Shown: positions 44,191 to 54,438, numbered from the stretch's first letter. The stretch: 64,000 bases of DNA from a bacterium (GCA_049970495.1 JBMFMV010000001.1:32001-96000), one strand, 5' to 3'. Notes: a model not told the origin generated them from the sequence alone. Program-made: numbers and translations.

Positions 44191-44327
44191 AAAATCCCTC
44201 CTTCTTTATGTTATTAACTTCTCCCCTTCATATTACCTCACGATGAAAAATAAACCTTTTTATAGTGTCTCCACCAGATTATCTCCCGGTATCACCTCCT
44301 CATTACCCGAGATCAAACACCACTCTA

Positions 44328-44357
44328 AGTATACCACAAGAATAGAGAAAGCTTCAA
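44328..44357 (-). promoter_or_regulatory. Promoter of ABC importer operon
   Basis: TTGAAG-18-TATACT with TG extension; shares TTGTGGTATACTT with the rpsT promoter. Confidence 0.6.
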
Positions 44358-44451
44358 GTATGGGATGACTCTAGTGATTGATTGCTTAAGGGTTAAAGTC
44401 CCTCGTGATGATGAAGGGGATATTGGAGTCCCCTTCGTTCCCAAAATTTAA

Positions 44452-46089
44452 TCATTCACATCCTTCTATTGGAGGAATACTAGTTCTTAACTGGGAGCTT
44501 CTTAATCCTGCCTCTATAACTCCTATAACTCGTCTTGCCTGTTCTGGTTTTACTATCAGCGCCTCTTTCATCAATAGATGGTCTAGTATGTTACGGTAGT
44601 ATTCATTCCAGCGATTTTCTGCTTCAACCCTTAATAAACTATCCTGCCTTATACCAGAGGCATATGATACAAGTCTAATCTCGTTATTCCAATTAGCCTC
44701 AATTGCACCTTTTGTTCCTAGGATACGCCATTTAGGTCTTGTGATAGCTGATATATGTGAAAGTATAAAATCAGCAGTAACTCCATTTTCAAATCTAATA
44801 AATATCTCTCCATAATCTTCATTAGTTACCGAATGCCAGACTCTCTTCTGAAAATCCCCTGTTATCTGGGTAATCTTAGACGGGACTAGGTTTAATATCC
44901 AATCTATAAAGTGAGCTCCCCAATCGTGTATTACACTACCACATATCTCTCTATCAGAACGCCAGGTAAATCCAGGATGTCTATAGTTTTCAAGCCCTGC
45001 CTCTATATGAAATATATCACCAATTAATCCACGTGAAATGAGGTCCTTAATCATTAAGTAATCACTATCCCATCTACGATTATGGAATACACTAAGCATA
45101 ACTCCCTTTTCTCTAGCCTTGTTAATCATAGTATTAGCCTCTTCTACAGTAATAGACATAGGTTTCTCTACCACCACATTTTTACCTGCCTCCAAACACC
45201 TAATTACGAATTCCGCATGCATATTGTGTGGAATTACAACAAATATTAATTCCAATTCTTCCATGGCTAGCATATCATTTATATTAGTAAAATAGCCTTT
45301 AAGGTTAGGATACTCTTTTTTTGCTAGTTCGACTCTCTCTAGATTACTATCACATACTGCTATGAGATTCAATCCCTGAATCTGAGATGTCTTCTCCGCA
45401 TGGAACCTTCCCATTCCACCATAACCAAGTATCCCACAGTTCACAGTCTCTTTAATCAAATCTTCTCCAGAGGTCCAAGCTATAGAACGTATTATTAGTT
45501 TTTGAAGTTCAGGATGACTTAATGCCTGTAATGAGTGCCCATTTGCTAGATAGGCTACTCGTCCCTTACCGTACTCTTTGGTATAAACCATAGGGATCTC
45601 TTTACCTTGCCATATTGTATAAGCTATTAGTTTTACCTTACTGGGATCATAGTTCTGAAGATGATACATTTCATCGTAGATGCTAAAATCAGGCATACGA
45701 ATAGTTAAGTAGTGGTTTTTATCTTTTAGGAATATCTTAAATTCATGCTGAGGAGGGTGAGTCAAGAATTCTCCTCCAATCATATCTATATAGGCACGAC
45801 TACCACGAAAACTGTCTGTTGCAGAATGGATCCCAACAAAACCTCCGCCATTACTTACAAATTCTAGAAGTCCCTTTTCTCTTTCAGGAGTTAGATCATT
45901 ATAGAATCCAGTAGTATATACTACTACAGCTGAGTAATCTTTGTTAGGAAGGTCAATAAATACATCGAGGTTATTAGTCATTTCTAATTCAAACCTTCCA
46001 TCATCTTCTAATAGAGCCTTTAACAGTTTTCCTGCAGATTCTGTTGGATGAAACTCTGGTCCACCATAAATATATAAGACCTTCTTCAT
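44452..46089 (-). CDS. ThuA-like domain fused to Gfo/Idh/MocA oxidoreductase
   Basis: N-terminal GGGFVGIHSA, GGEFLTHP, DEMY, YGKGRVAYLANGH; C-terminal GYGGMG, VVEKP, HNRRWD, DWGAHFID. Confidence 0.87.
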   Translation of the reverse strand: MKKVLYIYGGPEFHPTESAGKLLKALLEDDGRFELEMTNNLDVFIDLPNKDYSAVVVYTTGFYNDLTPEREKGLLEFVSNGGGFVGIHSATDSFRGSRAYIDMIGGEFLTHPPQHEFKIFLKDKNHYLTIRMPDFSIYDEMYHLQNYDPSKVKLIAYTIWQGKEIPMVYTKEYGKGRVAYLANGHSLQALSHPELQKLIIRSIAWTSGEDLIKETVNCGILGYGGMGRFHAEKTSQIQGLNLIAVCDSNLERVELAKKEYPNLKGYFTNINDMLAMEELELIFVVIPHNMHAEFVIRCLEAGKNVVVEKPMSITVEEANTMINKAREKGVMLSVFHNRRWDSDYLMIKDLISRGLIGDIFHIEAGLENYRHPGFTWRSDREICGSVIHDWGAHFIDWILNLVPSKITQITGDFQKRVWHSVTNEDYGEIFIRFENGVTADFILSHISAITRPKWRILGTKGAIEANWNNEIRLVSYASGIRQDSLLRVEAENRWNEYYRNILDHLLMKEALIVKPEQARRVIGVIEAGLRSSQLRTSIPPIEGCE

Positions 46090-46208
46090 ACTCTTTTAGC
46101 CTCCTTTATATAAAGCTTTTACTTTTAGTAGAATTATACCACTGTTAAGAAAAATTTATACTATTCAGAAAAATCAACACTTATTGTTATTCCTAAGTTT
46201 CTTATAGT

Positions 46209-46556
46209 ACCTATATTCCGCAGGTATAGTATAATAAATTAAAATTTTCTCTTTTAAAAAGAATGGAGGAATAAAATTGAAAACTACTAAGGAAATCATA
46301 GAGGACATGAAGATAGCCACTACAAATCTGGACCATCTTGGTATAGTTGTAGGTATCTTTGACTAGATAGGTATTCAAGAAGTTATAGAAGAGAAGATAC
46401 CTAAAAATAGACAGCATAAAGTCTCTCATTCTACTATAGTTAAGGCTATGGTCCTAAATGGTCTTGGTTATACAGAAAGAAGACTCTATCTTTTCCTACC
46501 AAACTCTTCACTGTGAAAAATATTATAATTGAAAATGACACGTGCGGAATGTGGGT
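46209..46556 (+). mobile_element. Internally deleted IS1634-family element
   Basis: Imperfect terminal IRs ACCTATATTCCGCA / TGCGGAATGTGGGT enclosing transposase N-terminal and C-terminal fragments. Confidence 0.8.
46277..46532 (+). pseudogene. IS1634-family transposase remnant
   Basis: NLDHLGIVVGIFD*IGIQEVIEEKIP..KVSHSTIVKAMVLNGLGYTERRLYLF with in-frame TAG at 46364, then CEKYYN* in another frame at 46512-46532. Confidence 0.82.
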
Positions 46557-46559
46557 TAG

Positions 46560-47357
46560 ATTGGTAACTTCTTTATTAAAGACCATCCAAATGCTATAGA
46601 GCTCCCACCTGTAGAAGGAAGTGTAGAATTTAGAGATGTATATTTCTCCTATGATGGTTCCGAGATGGTCCTAAAGGGGATAGATCTTAAGGTAGAACCT
46701 GGTCAAACAGTAGCTATTGTTGGTCGTACTGGTGCTGGAAAGACCTCACTTATAAACTTACTCTGCAGATTCTATGATCCGACTAGTGGTTCTATTCTAA
46801 TAGATGGATATGATATAAAGAGTGTAACCCTCAGCTCTTTAAGGAGACAGATAGGGGTAGTCTTGCAAGAACCATTCCTATTCTCTGGAACAATAAGAGA
46901 TAATATGAAATATGGAAAGGAGACAGCTAAGGATGATGAAATCTGGAGTGCTCTGGATATAGTAGGAGCTGGTGAGTTTGTGAGGAGATTACCCGATAAG
47001 TTAGATACCATTATCGGAGAAAGAGGCATAACGCTCTCTATGGGTCAGAGACAACTTTTATCCTTCACAAGGGTAATACTAGCTGATCCTAGGATTATAG
47101 TCCTAGACGAAGCCACATCAAATATAGATACAGATACGGAACAACAGATTCAATCTGCATTAAGAACATTACTTAAAGGAAGAACCGCCTTTATCATAGC
47201 CCATAGATTATCTACAATAAGAGAGGCAGACTTAATAATCGTTATTGAAGATGGAAAGATTGTAGAAAGAGGAACGCATAGCGAACTTTTAAAACTTGGT
47301 GGCATATACTATAGAATGAATGTAGCCCAGTTTGACCCTACACTAGTAATGGTTTAA
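46560..47357 (+). pseudogene. Nucleotide-binding-domain remnant of MdlB/MsbA-type ABC half-transporter
   Basis: Frame opens right after the IS end with linker IKDHPNAIELPPVEGSVEFRDVYFSY; GRTGAGKT, LSMGQRQ, DEATS, AHRLST; no transmembrane domain and no SD. Confidence 0.78.
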
Positions 47358-47363
47358 CTAGGG

Positions 47364-49103
47364 CTAATTCTTCCCTTCTAAGGCCTCTACTAAAGCCAAT
47401 CTAAAATTGTAATAGTCTTTATTATCTAAACTATAAAGGTCTTTTGGAGTCTTACTAGAAGCCGGATGAAACGCTTTTATGTCTTTCGTCTTGAGTACCT
47501 TGTCCCATAGAAGTTCCAATTCGTTCTCTCTACATGTCTCTTTAAACATCATCAACAATTCATAATCTTCTATCCCTCTTTTTAGATTCTTATATCTTAG
47601 GGTGAGTATAGGTCTTCCATCCTTACCTGGATACACAAAGTTAGTATCTCCCGCTCTCCAATAGGGGAATCTATAAGAGATACGTTCTCTTGGATTCTCT
47701 GGCCATACCGTATAGTTCCATCTTAAGAAACCATCAAGGTTCATAAATGCTGTAAGTATCCCTATAAGTCTACTCTCTACCAGTGGCGAGCTTATAAAGG
47801 TATTTGGATAAGGCGGCCAGCAACAGACATACCATAGTATACGTCCTTTTACTTTACTCTTCAATTCTTTCAGTATCTCCCACTTTTCACATACTCCGGG
47901 TAGTATAGGGACAAAATCGGAAATTGTATCTTTAAATTCCTCTATAAATTCTGGATGATTTATTGCAGATTTAAACTTAAAACTAGGAGCTACTTCTTTT
48001 ATGGTCTCTAAGCTTCTCCTATACTTCTCTATATCTCCAGGCTCATCAGCAACTATTCTAACTTTATCTATGAGGTTCTTTTCCATAAAGAATTTCTCTA
48101 TTGCCCTTATATAAGATTTGATCTCTTCTCCTCTTCTAATATATTTAAAAGCCCCATCTGTTCTGTCATAGTATCTTATCCTTATACCATCTGGATAGTC
48201 TTTCGCGATACCTATATAGCCATAATCAGGATCAAGCCATATATTTATAAGTCCAAACACCTCTATCTCCTGACCTATTCCATATTTCATACAGAGATTT
48301 ATATATCTTTCAACTGCAGAGAAGTCGTAGTGATATCCAGCCTCGTCCTTCTCAACTCTAATCATACTGTACTCAAAGAGATCGGAAGGATAATTCTTTA
48401 CACGATAGCACCTCTGTCCCGACCAAGGAATTTCAGAGGCTATGACAGTTATTGCTTTTTGCCCTAAATCTGCCAAAGACTTTACATAGCCTTCTAGAAT
48501 CTTAAAGTGCTCGTCACTCCATAGGTGAACCTCATGCTTTCGTGCTATATTAGATGGATGCTGCCATAGGTCCAAATAAAACTTAAAATCTCTAGGTTCA
48601 GGAAGCTCTACATCTCTTACCGAGATTTTAAAATCAAAGGTCTTTACTAGCTCCTCATCTTCAAACATACATTGGGTATATATCTTCACCTTGCCAGTAT
48701 ATGTTCTAGGTAAAACGTCTCTAGGGATTTGTATCTCAATCCATACAGGCTGTATCTTTTCTTTTTCTACAAAGATTACCTCATCATGAAGTAATAGGTC
48801 TGCCTTATAAATCCTATCATCATCTTCTATAAAACCAACAGGAAAGGTCTTTACAGGTAAATCCTCAATACTACACTCTATTCTGATATTTCTTACTGGA
48901 CCTCTAGGAGAAAAATTCGGCCTTTTACCAACATTTAGATAGAAGTCTTCATTTGATTTTAAAAGCAATTGTAAGACTGCCCAATCTCCCCTACACGTTA
49001 TTAAATCATCAAAGATGCTTTCAAAGATAATGTCCTCACCATAGGAATCTATACCATAAGTAGCCTTATAACTCTCATCTACAAGAGTAGCCTTTAATTT
49101 CAT
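47364..49103 (-). CDS. DUF4091 / GH123-like glycoside hydrolase
   Basis: FYLDLWQHP, WSDEHF, ADEP, WYVCC, GFLRWNY, AGDTNFVYPG, GIEDYE. Confidence 0.78.
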   Translation of the reverse strand: MKLKATLVDESYKATYGIDSYGEDIIFESIFDDLITCRGDWAVLQLLLKSNEDFYLNVGKRPNFSPRGPVRNIRIECSIEDLPVKTFPVGFIEDDDRIYKADLLLHDEVIFVEKEKIQPVWIEIQIPRDVLPRTYTGKVKIYTQCMFEDEELVKTFDFKISVRDVELPEPRDFKFYLDLWQHPSNIARKHEVHLWSDEHFKILEGYVKSLADLGQKAITVIASEIPWSGQRCYRVKNYPSDLFEYSMIRVEKDEAGYHYDFSAVERYINLCMKYGIGQEIEVFGLINIWLDPDYGYIGIAKDYPDGIRIRYYDRTDGAFKYIRRGEEIKSYIRAIEKFFMEKNLIDKVRIVADEPGDIEKYRRSLETIKEVAPSFKFKSAINHPEFIEEFKDTISDFVPILPGVCEKWEILKELKSKVKGRILWYVCCWPPYPNTFISSPLVESRLIGILTAFMNLDGFLRWNYTVWPENPRERISYRFPYWRAGDTNFVYPGKDGRPILTLRYKNLKRGIEDYELLMMFKETCRENELELLWDKVLKTKDIKAFHPASSKTPKDLYSLDNKDYYNFRLALVEALEGKN

Positions 49104-49143
49104 TCTCTTTTTTCCTCCTTATTATAGCACTTATCTTCTTTCC

Positions 49144-49178
49144 AATTATACCTTAATTCTTTAAGTTATGGTATAATT
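49144..49178. promoter_or_regulatory. Back-to-back -10 elements / imperfect palindrome
   Basis: AATTATACC-N17-GGTATAATT between divergent genes. Confidence 0.55.
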
Positions 49179-49219
49179 TTAAAAACCCTAAAATAGATTA
49201 GTTGAGGGAGGGTTATCAT

Positions 49220-49786
49220 ATGGATGTAACTGTAAAGTATTTTGAGACAAAGGGACAGGTAAATACAGATGAGACATTAAAGGTTGCCAAAGAGAGGGCT
49301 AAAGCCTTAGGGATAAAACAGGTTGTAGTAGCCTCTACTTACGGTGAAACAGGTAGGAAAGCTGTAGAAGTTTTTAAAGATACAGACATAAACCTTGTTA
49401 TAGTTACTATATCTTACGGATTTACCAAGGAAGGTTGGATTATGCCTGACAGTGTAAGAAAAGAGTTAGAGTCAAAGGGGGCAAAAGTCCTTACCTGTAT
49501 ACATGCCTTAGGGGATGATGTAAGTTCTGCCTTTAGCGGAAAATTTGGTGGACATAATCCTAATGAAATTATAGCTGAAGTCCTAAGGAGATTCTCTCAA
49601 GGGATGAAGGTTGCAGTAGAAATCACTATTATGGCAGTAGAAGCTGGATTGATAGATGTAAACCAAGAGACAATAGCTATAGCTGGTACTGACAGGGGTG
49701 CTGATACAGCAATAGTAGTAAAACCATCTTATGCAAGAGATTTTCTCTCTTTTGAGATAAGAGAGATATTAGCAAAGCCAAGATAG
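49220..49786 (+). CDS. Stand-alone pyruvate-kinase C-terminal (alpha/beta) domain protein, MTH1675-like
   Basis: YFETKGQVNT, VVASTYGETG, FSQGMKVAVEI, GTDRGADTA, REILAKPR. Confidence 0.82.
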   Translation: MDVTVKYFETKGQVNTDETLKVAKERAKALGIKQVVVASTYGETGRKAVEVFKDTDINLVIVTISYGFTKEGWIMPDSVRKELESKGAKVLTCIHALGDDVSSAFSGKFGGHNPNEIIAEVLRRFSQGMKVAVEITIMAVEAGLIDVNQETIAIAGTDRGADTAIVVKPSYARDFLSFEIREILAKPR

Positions 49787-49797
49787 GAGGATTTTAA

Positions 49798-50937
49798 ATG
49801 GAGAAAGTAAATTTTGCATTTATTGGCTGCGGGAGTATAGCAAACGCTCACTTAAAGGGGCTTAAATTATTGTGGGAAAATAACATAAGGACATTTGAGG
49901 TTTTAGCAGTATGTGATATTGATATAGAACGTGCTCAGAGGATGGCTGAAGGTGTAAGCTCGTTCCAAAGCTATAAGCCAAGAGTCTACACTGAGGTGGA
50001 TGAGATGCTAGAGAAAGAATCTGAGCTCCAGGCAGTAGATATATGCACAACTCATAAGGAGCACCATACTGTGGCTATTAAGTGCCTCTCTGCTAAGAAA
50101 CACGTCACCATAGAAAAGCCACTAGCCCTTACTATAAGGTATGGGCGCATGATCTTAGAATCTGCAGAGAAGAATAAATGTATCCTTCAAGTAGCTGAGA
50201 ATTATAGAAGAGCATTATCGGAAAGGACGATAAATTGGGCTATAAATTCCGGTAGAATTGGAATACCAAAGATGTTATTTTGGCTTGATATCTTTAATAG
50301 ACCGTGGTATTGGGGGTGGAGAGACCATAAAGATATAGCTGGTGGTGGATGGACACTAGATGGTGGGGTTCATTTTGCAGACCTATTCAGATACCACATA
50401 GGAGAAGTGGAAGAGTTATACGCTATTGCAAAAACATATAACCCTATACGTTATAAGGATGGGGAGAACCTCACTGATCCTGTAGTGATAGATGTAGAAG
50501 ATACAACGATGACTATCTTGTCCTTTAAAAATGGTGTAACTGGTACTTGGGTTCTTACAAATTCCGCCCCTGGAAAAGAAGAAAGGCTCAGAGCTATCTA
50601 TGGAGATAAAGGCTCTATAGTGTGGGGAGAAGGGTTATATGTAGGGGACAGATATATACCCTTAGAAGAATTAGAGAGGGAATATTGGAATAATCTATCG
50701 GGAGATGAGAAAGAAAGATTATTCCCTGCAGGTATCAAAGATACAATAGCTATAGAGCTAAAAGAATTCTTTGATGCAATATTAGGAAAGGGGGAGATAG
50801 AGACTGCTGGAATAGTTGGCTTAAAGGATGAAGCTATAAGTATGGCGGTATATGAGTCAAGCTGGATAAACGCTCCTGTGAAAATAGAAGACATAGAGGA
50901 GTGTAGAATAGAGAATTATCAAAAGACACTAATGTAA
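49798..50937 (+). CDS. Gfo/Idh/MocA oxidoreductase
   Basis: [25 protein letters not shown]. Confidence 0.88.
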   Translation: MEKVNFAFIGCGSIANAHLKGLKLLWENNIRTFEVLAVCDIDIERAQRMAEGVSSFQSYKPRVYTEVDEMLEKESELQAVDICTTHKEHHTVAIKCLSAKKHVTIEKPLALTIRYGRMILESAEKNKCILQVAENYRRALSERTINWAINSGRIGIPKMLFWLDIFNRPWYWGWRDHKDIAGGGWTLDGGVHFADLFRYHIGEVEELYAIAKTYNPIRYKDGENLTDPVVIDVEDTTMTILSFKNGVTGTWVLTNSAPGKEERLRAIYGDKGSIVWGEGLYVGDRYIPLEELEREYWNNLSGDEKERLFPAGIKDTIAIELKEFFDAILGKGEIETAGIVGLKDEAISMAVYESSWINAPVKIEDIEECRIENYQKTLM

Positions 50938-50950
50938 GGAGGCAATAAGT

Positions 50951-51109
50951 ATGGGAAAGTGGCAGTGCACCATATGTGGGTATATTTATGACCCCCAAAA
51001 AGGTGATCCAGAAAACGGAATTTCAGCTGGTACCCCTTTTGAAGAACTACCTGAAGATTGGGTTTGTCCTGAGTGTGGAGCACCTAAAGAGGACTTTGAG
51101 GAAATTTAG
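50951..51109 (+). CDS. Rubredoxin (52 aa)
   Basis: [62 protein letters not shown]; too short for the ORF track. Confidence 0.95.
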   Translation: MGKWQCTICGYIYDPQKGDPENGISAGTPFEELPEDWVCPECGAPKEDFEEI

Positions 51110-51116
51110 AAATTAG

Positions 51117-51142
51117 CTGGGAGGCCAAAGCCTCCCAGTTTT
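51117..51142 (+). terminator. Rho-independent terminator
   Basis: CTGGGAGGC-caaa-GCCTCCCAG-TTTT. Confidence 0.82.
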
Positions 51143-51814
51143 CTATAGCTCTCTAGCTAGAGTTATAACCCTCACTTCTTTTATACCTCTTTCTAATAAA
51201 ATTTTACTAGCCTCATTTGTTGTTGCCCCTGTAGTATATACATCATCTATTAGAAGAACTTTTTTATCCTTTAGACTATTATCTTTCAATAGAAACGCTC
51301 TGCTAATATTATTTAATCTCTCTTCAATGTTTAGGTCAATAGAAGGCTTAGTCTCTTTTATTCTTATAAGAGATAAAGACATCGGAACATTAAGAATCTT
51401 ACTTACTTCTAGTGCTAATACCTCAGCTTGATTGAATCCTCTAGTCCTCAGCCTTTCCTTTGATAGAGGGATCGGGACAATAAAATCTACATCCCATGCT
51501 AATTCCAATACAAATTTCCCAAGTATCTTACCTAAAAATACCCCTAGATCTTTTCTCTTTTCAAATTTAAACCTTATTATGGCAGTCCTCATAACTCCAT
51601 CGTATAGTGCATATGACCTTGCCTTAGAAAAATAAGGAGGAAAAGTCTTACATCTGTAACATATCATTTCTACCTCTAATGGGCTACCACAGATCCTGCA
51701 CATAGGACCCTTGATGGGAGAAATCTTAGAGAGACAATCATCACATATGGGGTCCTTACTTATCCTTTTACACACAAAACATCTCGATGGAAAGAGTAAC
51801 TCTTTAAGAAACAT
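51143..51814 (-). CDS. comF: ComF family protein (zinc ribbon plus PRTase)
   Basis: Multiple CxxC, RGFNQA, LLIDDVYTTGAT; start probably ATG 51814. Confidence 0.88.
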   Translation of the reverse strand: MFLKELLFPSRCFVCKRISKDPICDDCLSKISPIKGPMCRICGSPLEVEMICYRCKTFPPYFSKARSYALYDGVMRTAIIRFKFEKRKDLGVFLGKILGKFVLELAWDVDFIVPIPLSKERLRTRGFNQAEVLALEVSKILNVPMSLSLIRIKETKPSIDLNIEERLNNISRAFLLKDNSLKDKKVLLIDDVYTTGATTNEASKILLERGIKEVRVITLAREL

Positions 51815-52559
51815 ACCTCGGAAAACACAACCTTGTATTTTCAACAGTAACCTTAGATAGTTCTTCTAAGTCTACTCCTTTTATCTCTGCTATCTTCTTT
51901 GCTATGTATATCAGATAGGCAGGTTCATTCCTCCTTCCTCTATGAGGTTCTGGTGCAAGATAAGGGGCATCGGTCTCTAAGAGAATCCTATCAAGCGGAC
52001 ACCTTTTTACAACCTCTACAAGTTCCCTAGCATTACGAAATGTTACAGGACCATCAAAGCCAATAAAAAATCCAAAAGAGAGTGCCTCCTCTAAAAAGTA
52101 AAGTCCACCAGAATAGCAGTGAAGAACACCTCTTACATTATACCTCTTCAGTATATTGAATGCCTCTTTATATCCCTCTCTTATATGGAGGCTTACAGGT
52201 AAAGCCAAATCTTGAGCCAATGAGAGCTGTCTTTCAAAACTCTCCAGCTGAATATTTTTGGGAGACAAATGTTTATAGTAATCTAGCCCTATCTCTCCTA
52301 TACCTAAGAGCTTTTTATTATCCTTTATACTACAGACCCAGTCAAGAAACTCTTCTGTACACTCACCAGCTGAATGGGGGTGTATACCAACAACTGCATA
52401 GACATCTCTATGCTGAGAAGATAGAGAAAGGGAAAACTTACTAGACTCAAAATCATAACCAACATTAATAAAACTCTTAACTCCTACCCCCCTAGCCCTA
52501 TTTAAAATCTCTTCTATACTGTCAAATTCATCTAAGTGAACGTGTGTATCTATAAACAA
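51804..52559 (-). CDS. tatD: TatD family DNase
   Basis: DTHVH, GIHPH, GEIGLDY, LETDAPYLAP. Confidence 0.93.
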   Translation of the reverse strand: MFIDTHVHLDEFDSIEEILNRARGVGVKSFINVGYDFESSKFSLSLSSQHRDVYAVVGIHPHSAGECTEEFLDWVCSIKDNKKLLGIGEIGLDYYKHLSPKNIQLESFERQLSLAQDLALPVSLHIREGYKEAFNILKRYNVRGVLHCYSGGLYFLEEALSFGFFIGFDGPVTFRNARELVEVVKRCPLDRILLETDAPYLAPEPHRGRRNEPAYLIYIAKKIAEIKGVDLEELSKVTVENTRLCFPRYVS

Positions 52560-52564
52560 GAATC

Positions 52565-52891
52565 TTACTTTACTTTAGCCCCTGGGGGCATCTCCTTATC
52601 TGGAGATAGGATGGATATGACGCCATCGCTAGAGGCAGCAAGTATCATGCCGTTAGAAGTAATACCTCTTATAACTGCAGGCTTCAAGTTGGCAACAATA
52701 ACTACCTCTTTTCCTATAAGGTCTTCTGGCTTATAAACTTCTGCTATACCAGCTACTAACTGCCTATACTCGGTACCTATATCTACAGTAAGTTGTAGAA
52801 GTTTTCTAGCTCCTTCAACATTTTTGGCATCTATAACTTTTCCTATCCTTAGGTCTATCCTTTGAAATTCTTCAATAGTTATCTCTTCCAT
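52565..52891 (-). CDS. MetRS C-terminal tRNA-binding domain as a separate gene (Trbp111/beta subunit)
   Basis: ITIEEFQRIDLRIGKV, RQLVAGIA, VANLKPA, SNGMILAA, PGAKVK. Confidence 0.88.
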   Translation of the reverse strand: MEEITIEEFQRIDLRIGKVIDAKNVEGARKLLQLTVDIGTEYRQLVAGIAEVYKPEDLIGKEVVIVANLKPAVIRGITSNGMILAASSDGVISILSPDKEMPPGAKVK

Positions 52892-52893
52892 GG

Positions 52894-54438
52894 TTACACC
52901 TCTATCCTAGGAAATAATGGTTTTACTTCTGGCATCTTCCAATCTGCTCTTAGTTTTCCCCAACCATCTAATGCGTCTTTTCTAAGGGAGGAATCCAGGT
53001 CTAATCCAAGAGAGTTAATAAAATATTCTGATACCTTGGGCATAAATGGGGAAATTAATATTGCGATATTTCTTATAGACTCAAAGACATTAAACATGAC
53101 ATTATCAAACTCATTTTTCTTTTTGTCTCTAGCCAAACTCCAAGGGGCTTTCTGGTCCAAGTACTTATTTACAGCCCCTATAAATTCCCAGATATCTGAC
53201 AGGACTTCTACATATTCAAAGTTTGACATCATCTCATCCAGATTCTTAATTATGGAATCCTTTAAAGTGGATAATTCTTTCTCTACCTCTCCATTGTTAG
53301 GCACTATACCATCTCCGTATCTATTTATAATGCCCACACTTCTAAAGAATAGATTACCCAAATCATTAGCTAGATCAGAGTTTATTCTATGAATGAAACT
53401 CTCATCTGAGTACTCTCCATCTAGACCTAATGGAACTTCTCTCATCAAGAAATATCTTACTGCATCTACAGCTATATCCCATTCAAACCCCTTATCAACC
53501 AAACTATTTGCCATCTGTACTGGGTCTATTATATTCCCTTTACTCTTTGACATCTTTTCTTTCTTTACTGTCCAAAAGCCGTGGGCAAATACCTTTCTAG
53601 GGACATCTACCCCTAAAGCCAGAAGTATGCAGGGCCATATTCCTGCATGGAACCAGAGTATATCTTTTCCTACTAGATGGACTGCAGGCCAGAAGGTCTC
53701 AAATTTTTCTCTATTATCTGGATAACCTACAACGGTTAAATAATTTATCAACGCATCAACCCATACATATATAGAATAATCTTTGTCAAATGGTATAGGT
53801 ATACCCCAAGTGAGTCCTTTTCTTGATATACAGAGATCTCTCATTCCCTCCTTTACCCTGTTTAGGAGTTCCTGTCTCCTAGTTGGCGGTTGGACAAAGT
53901 CCGGATTGTTTTCTATATGCTCTAAGAGTTTATCCTGATATTTTGACATCCTAAAGAAGTAGTCATCCTCTTTATTCCATATCACAGGTCTTCCACAGTT
54001 TGGACAATTTCCACTTACAAGCTCATCTGCCTGATAGAAAGTCTCACAGGGGACACAGTACCAACCTTCATATATGCCCTTATAGATATCTCCCTGCTCA
54101 TATAACTTACTTATAATGTACTGAACAACCTTCTCATGCCTTGGCTCTGTAGTCCTTATAAACTCATCATACGATATATGGAGCTTTTCCCAAGTATCCT
54201 TAAATACCTGAGAGTATATATCCACGTGCTCCTTTGGATCCCTATTCTGAGCCCTAGCAGATTCCAACACTTTCTGGCCATGTTCGTCTGTACCAGTAGA
54301 GAATAAAACCCTATATCCCCACATCCTTTTGAATCTTGAAATAACATCTGCGGTAATAGTAGTATAGGCATGCCCTATATGTGGGGATGCATTTACATAA
54401 TAGATCGGTGTAGTTACATAAAAGGTTCCTTCTTTCAT
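52894..54438 (-). CDS. metG: Methionine--tRNA ligase (core)
   Basis: TTPIYYVN, HIGH, GTDEHG, KMSKS, LFPRIE end. Confidence 0.97.
   Translation of the reverse strand: MKEGTFYVTTPIYYVNASPHIGHAYTTITADVISRFKRMWGYRVLFSTGTDEHGQKVLESARAQNRDPKEHVDIYSQVFKDTWEKLHISYDEFIRTTEPRHEKVVQYIISKLYEQGDIYKGIYEGWYCVPCETFYQADELVSGNCPNCGRPVIWNKEDDYFFRMSKYQDKLLEHIENNPDFVQPPTRRQELLNRVKEGMRDLCISRKGLTWGIPIPFDKDYSIYVWVDALINYLTVVGYPDNREKFETFWPAVHLVGKDILWFHAGIWPCILLALGVDVPRKVFAHGFWTVKKEKMSKSKGNIIDPVQMANSLVDKGFEWDIAVDAVRYFLMREVPLGLDGEYSDESFIHRINSDLANDLGNLFFRSVGIINRYGDGIVPNNGEVEKELSTLKDSIIKNLDEMMSNFEYVEVLSDIWEFIGAVNKYLDQKAPWSLARDKKKNEFDNVMFNVFESIRNIAILISPFMPKVSEYFINSLGLDLDSSLRKDALDGWGKLRADWKMPEVKPLFPRIEV

Noticed and set aside
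44405..44599. 64-aa plus-strand ORF
   Set aside because: Mostly antisense to the ThuA-Gfo gene; no support.
46364..46366. In-frame TAG as pyrrolysine or stop-codon reassignment
   Set aside because: It lies in a dead transposase, and TAG terminates many genes normally in this window.
46211..46429. 72-aa minus-strand ORF
   Set aside because: Antisense to the transposase remnant.
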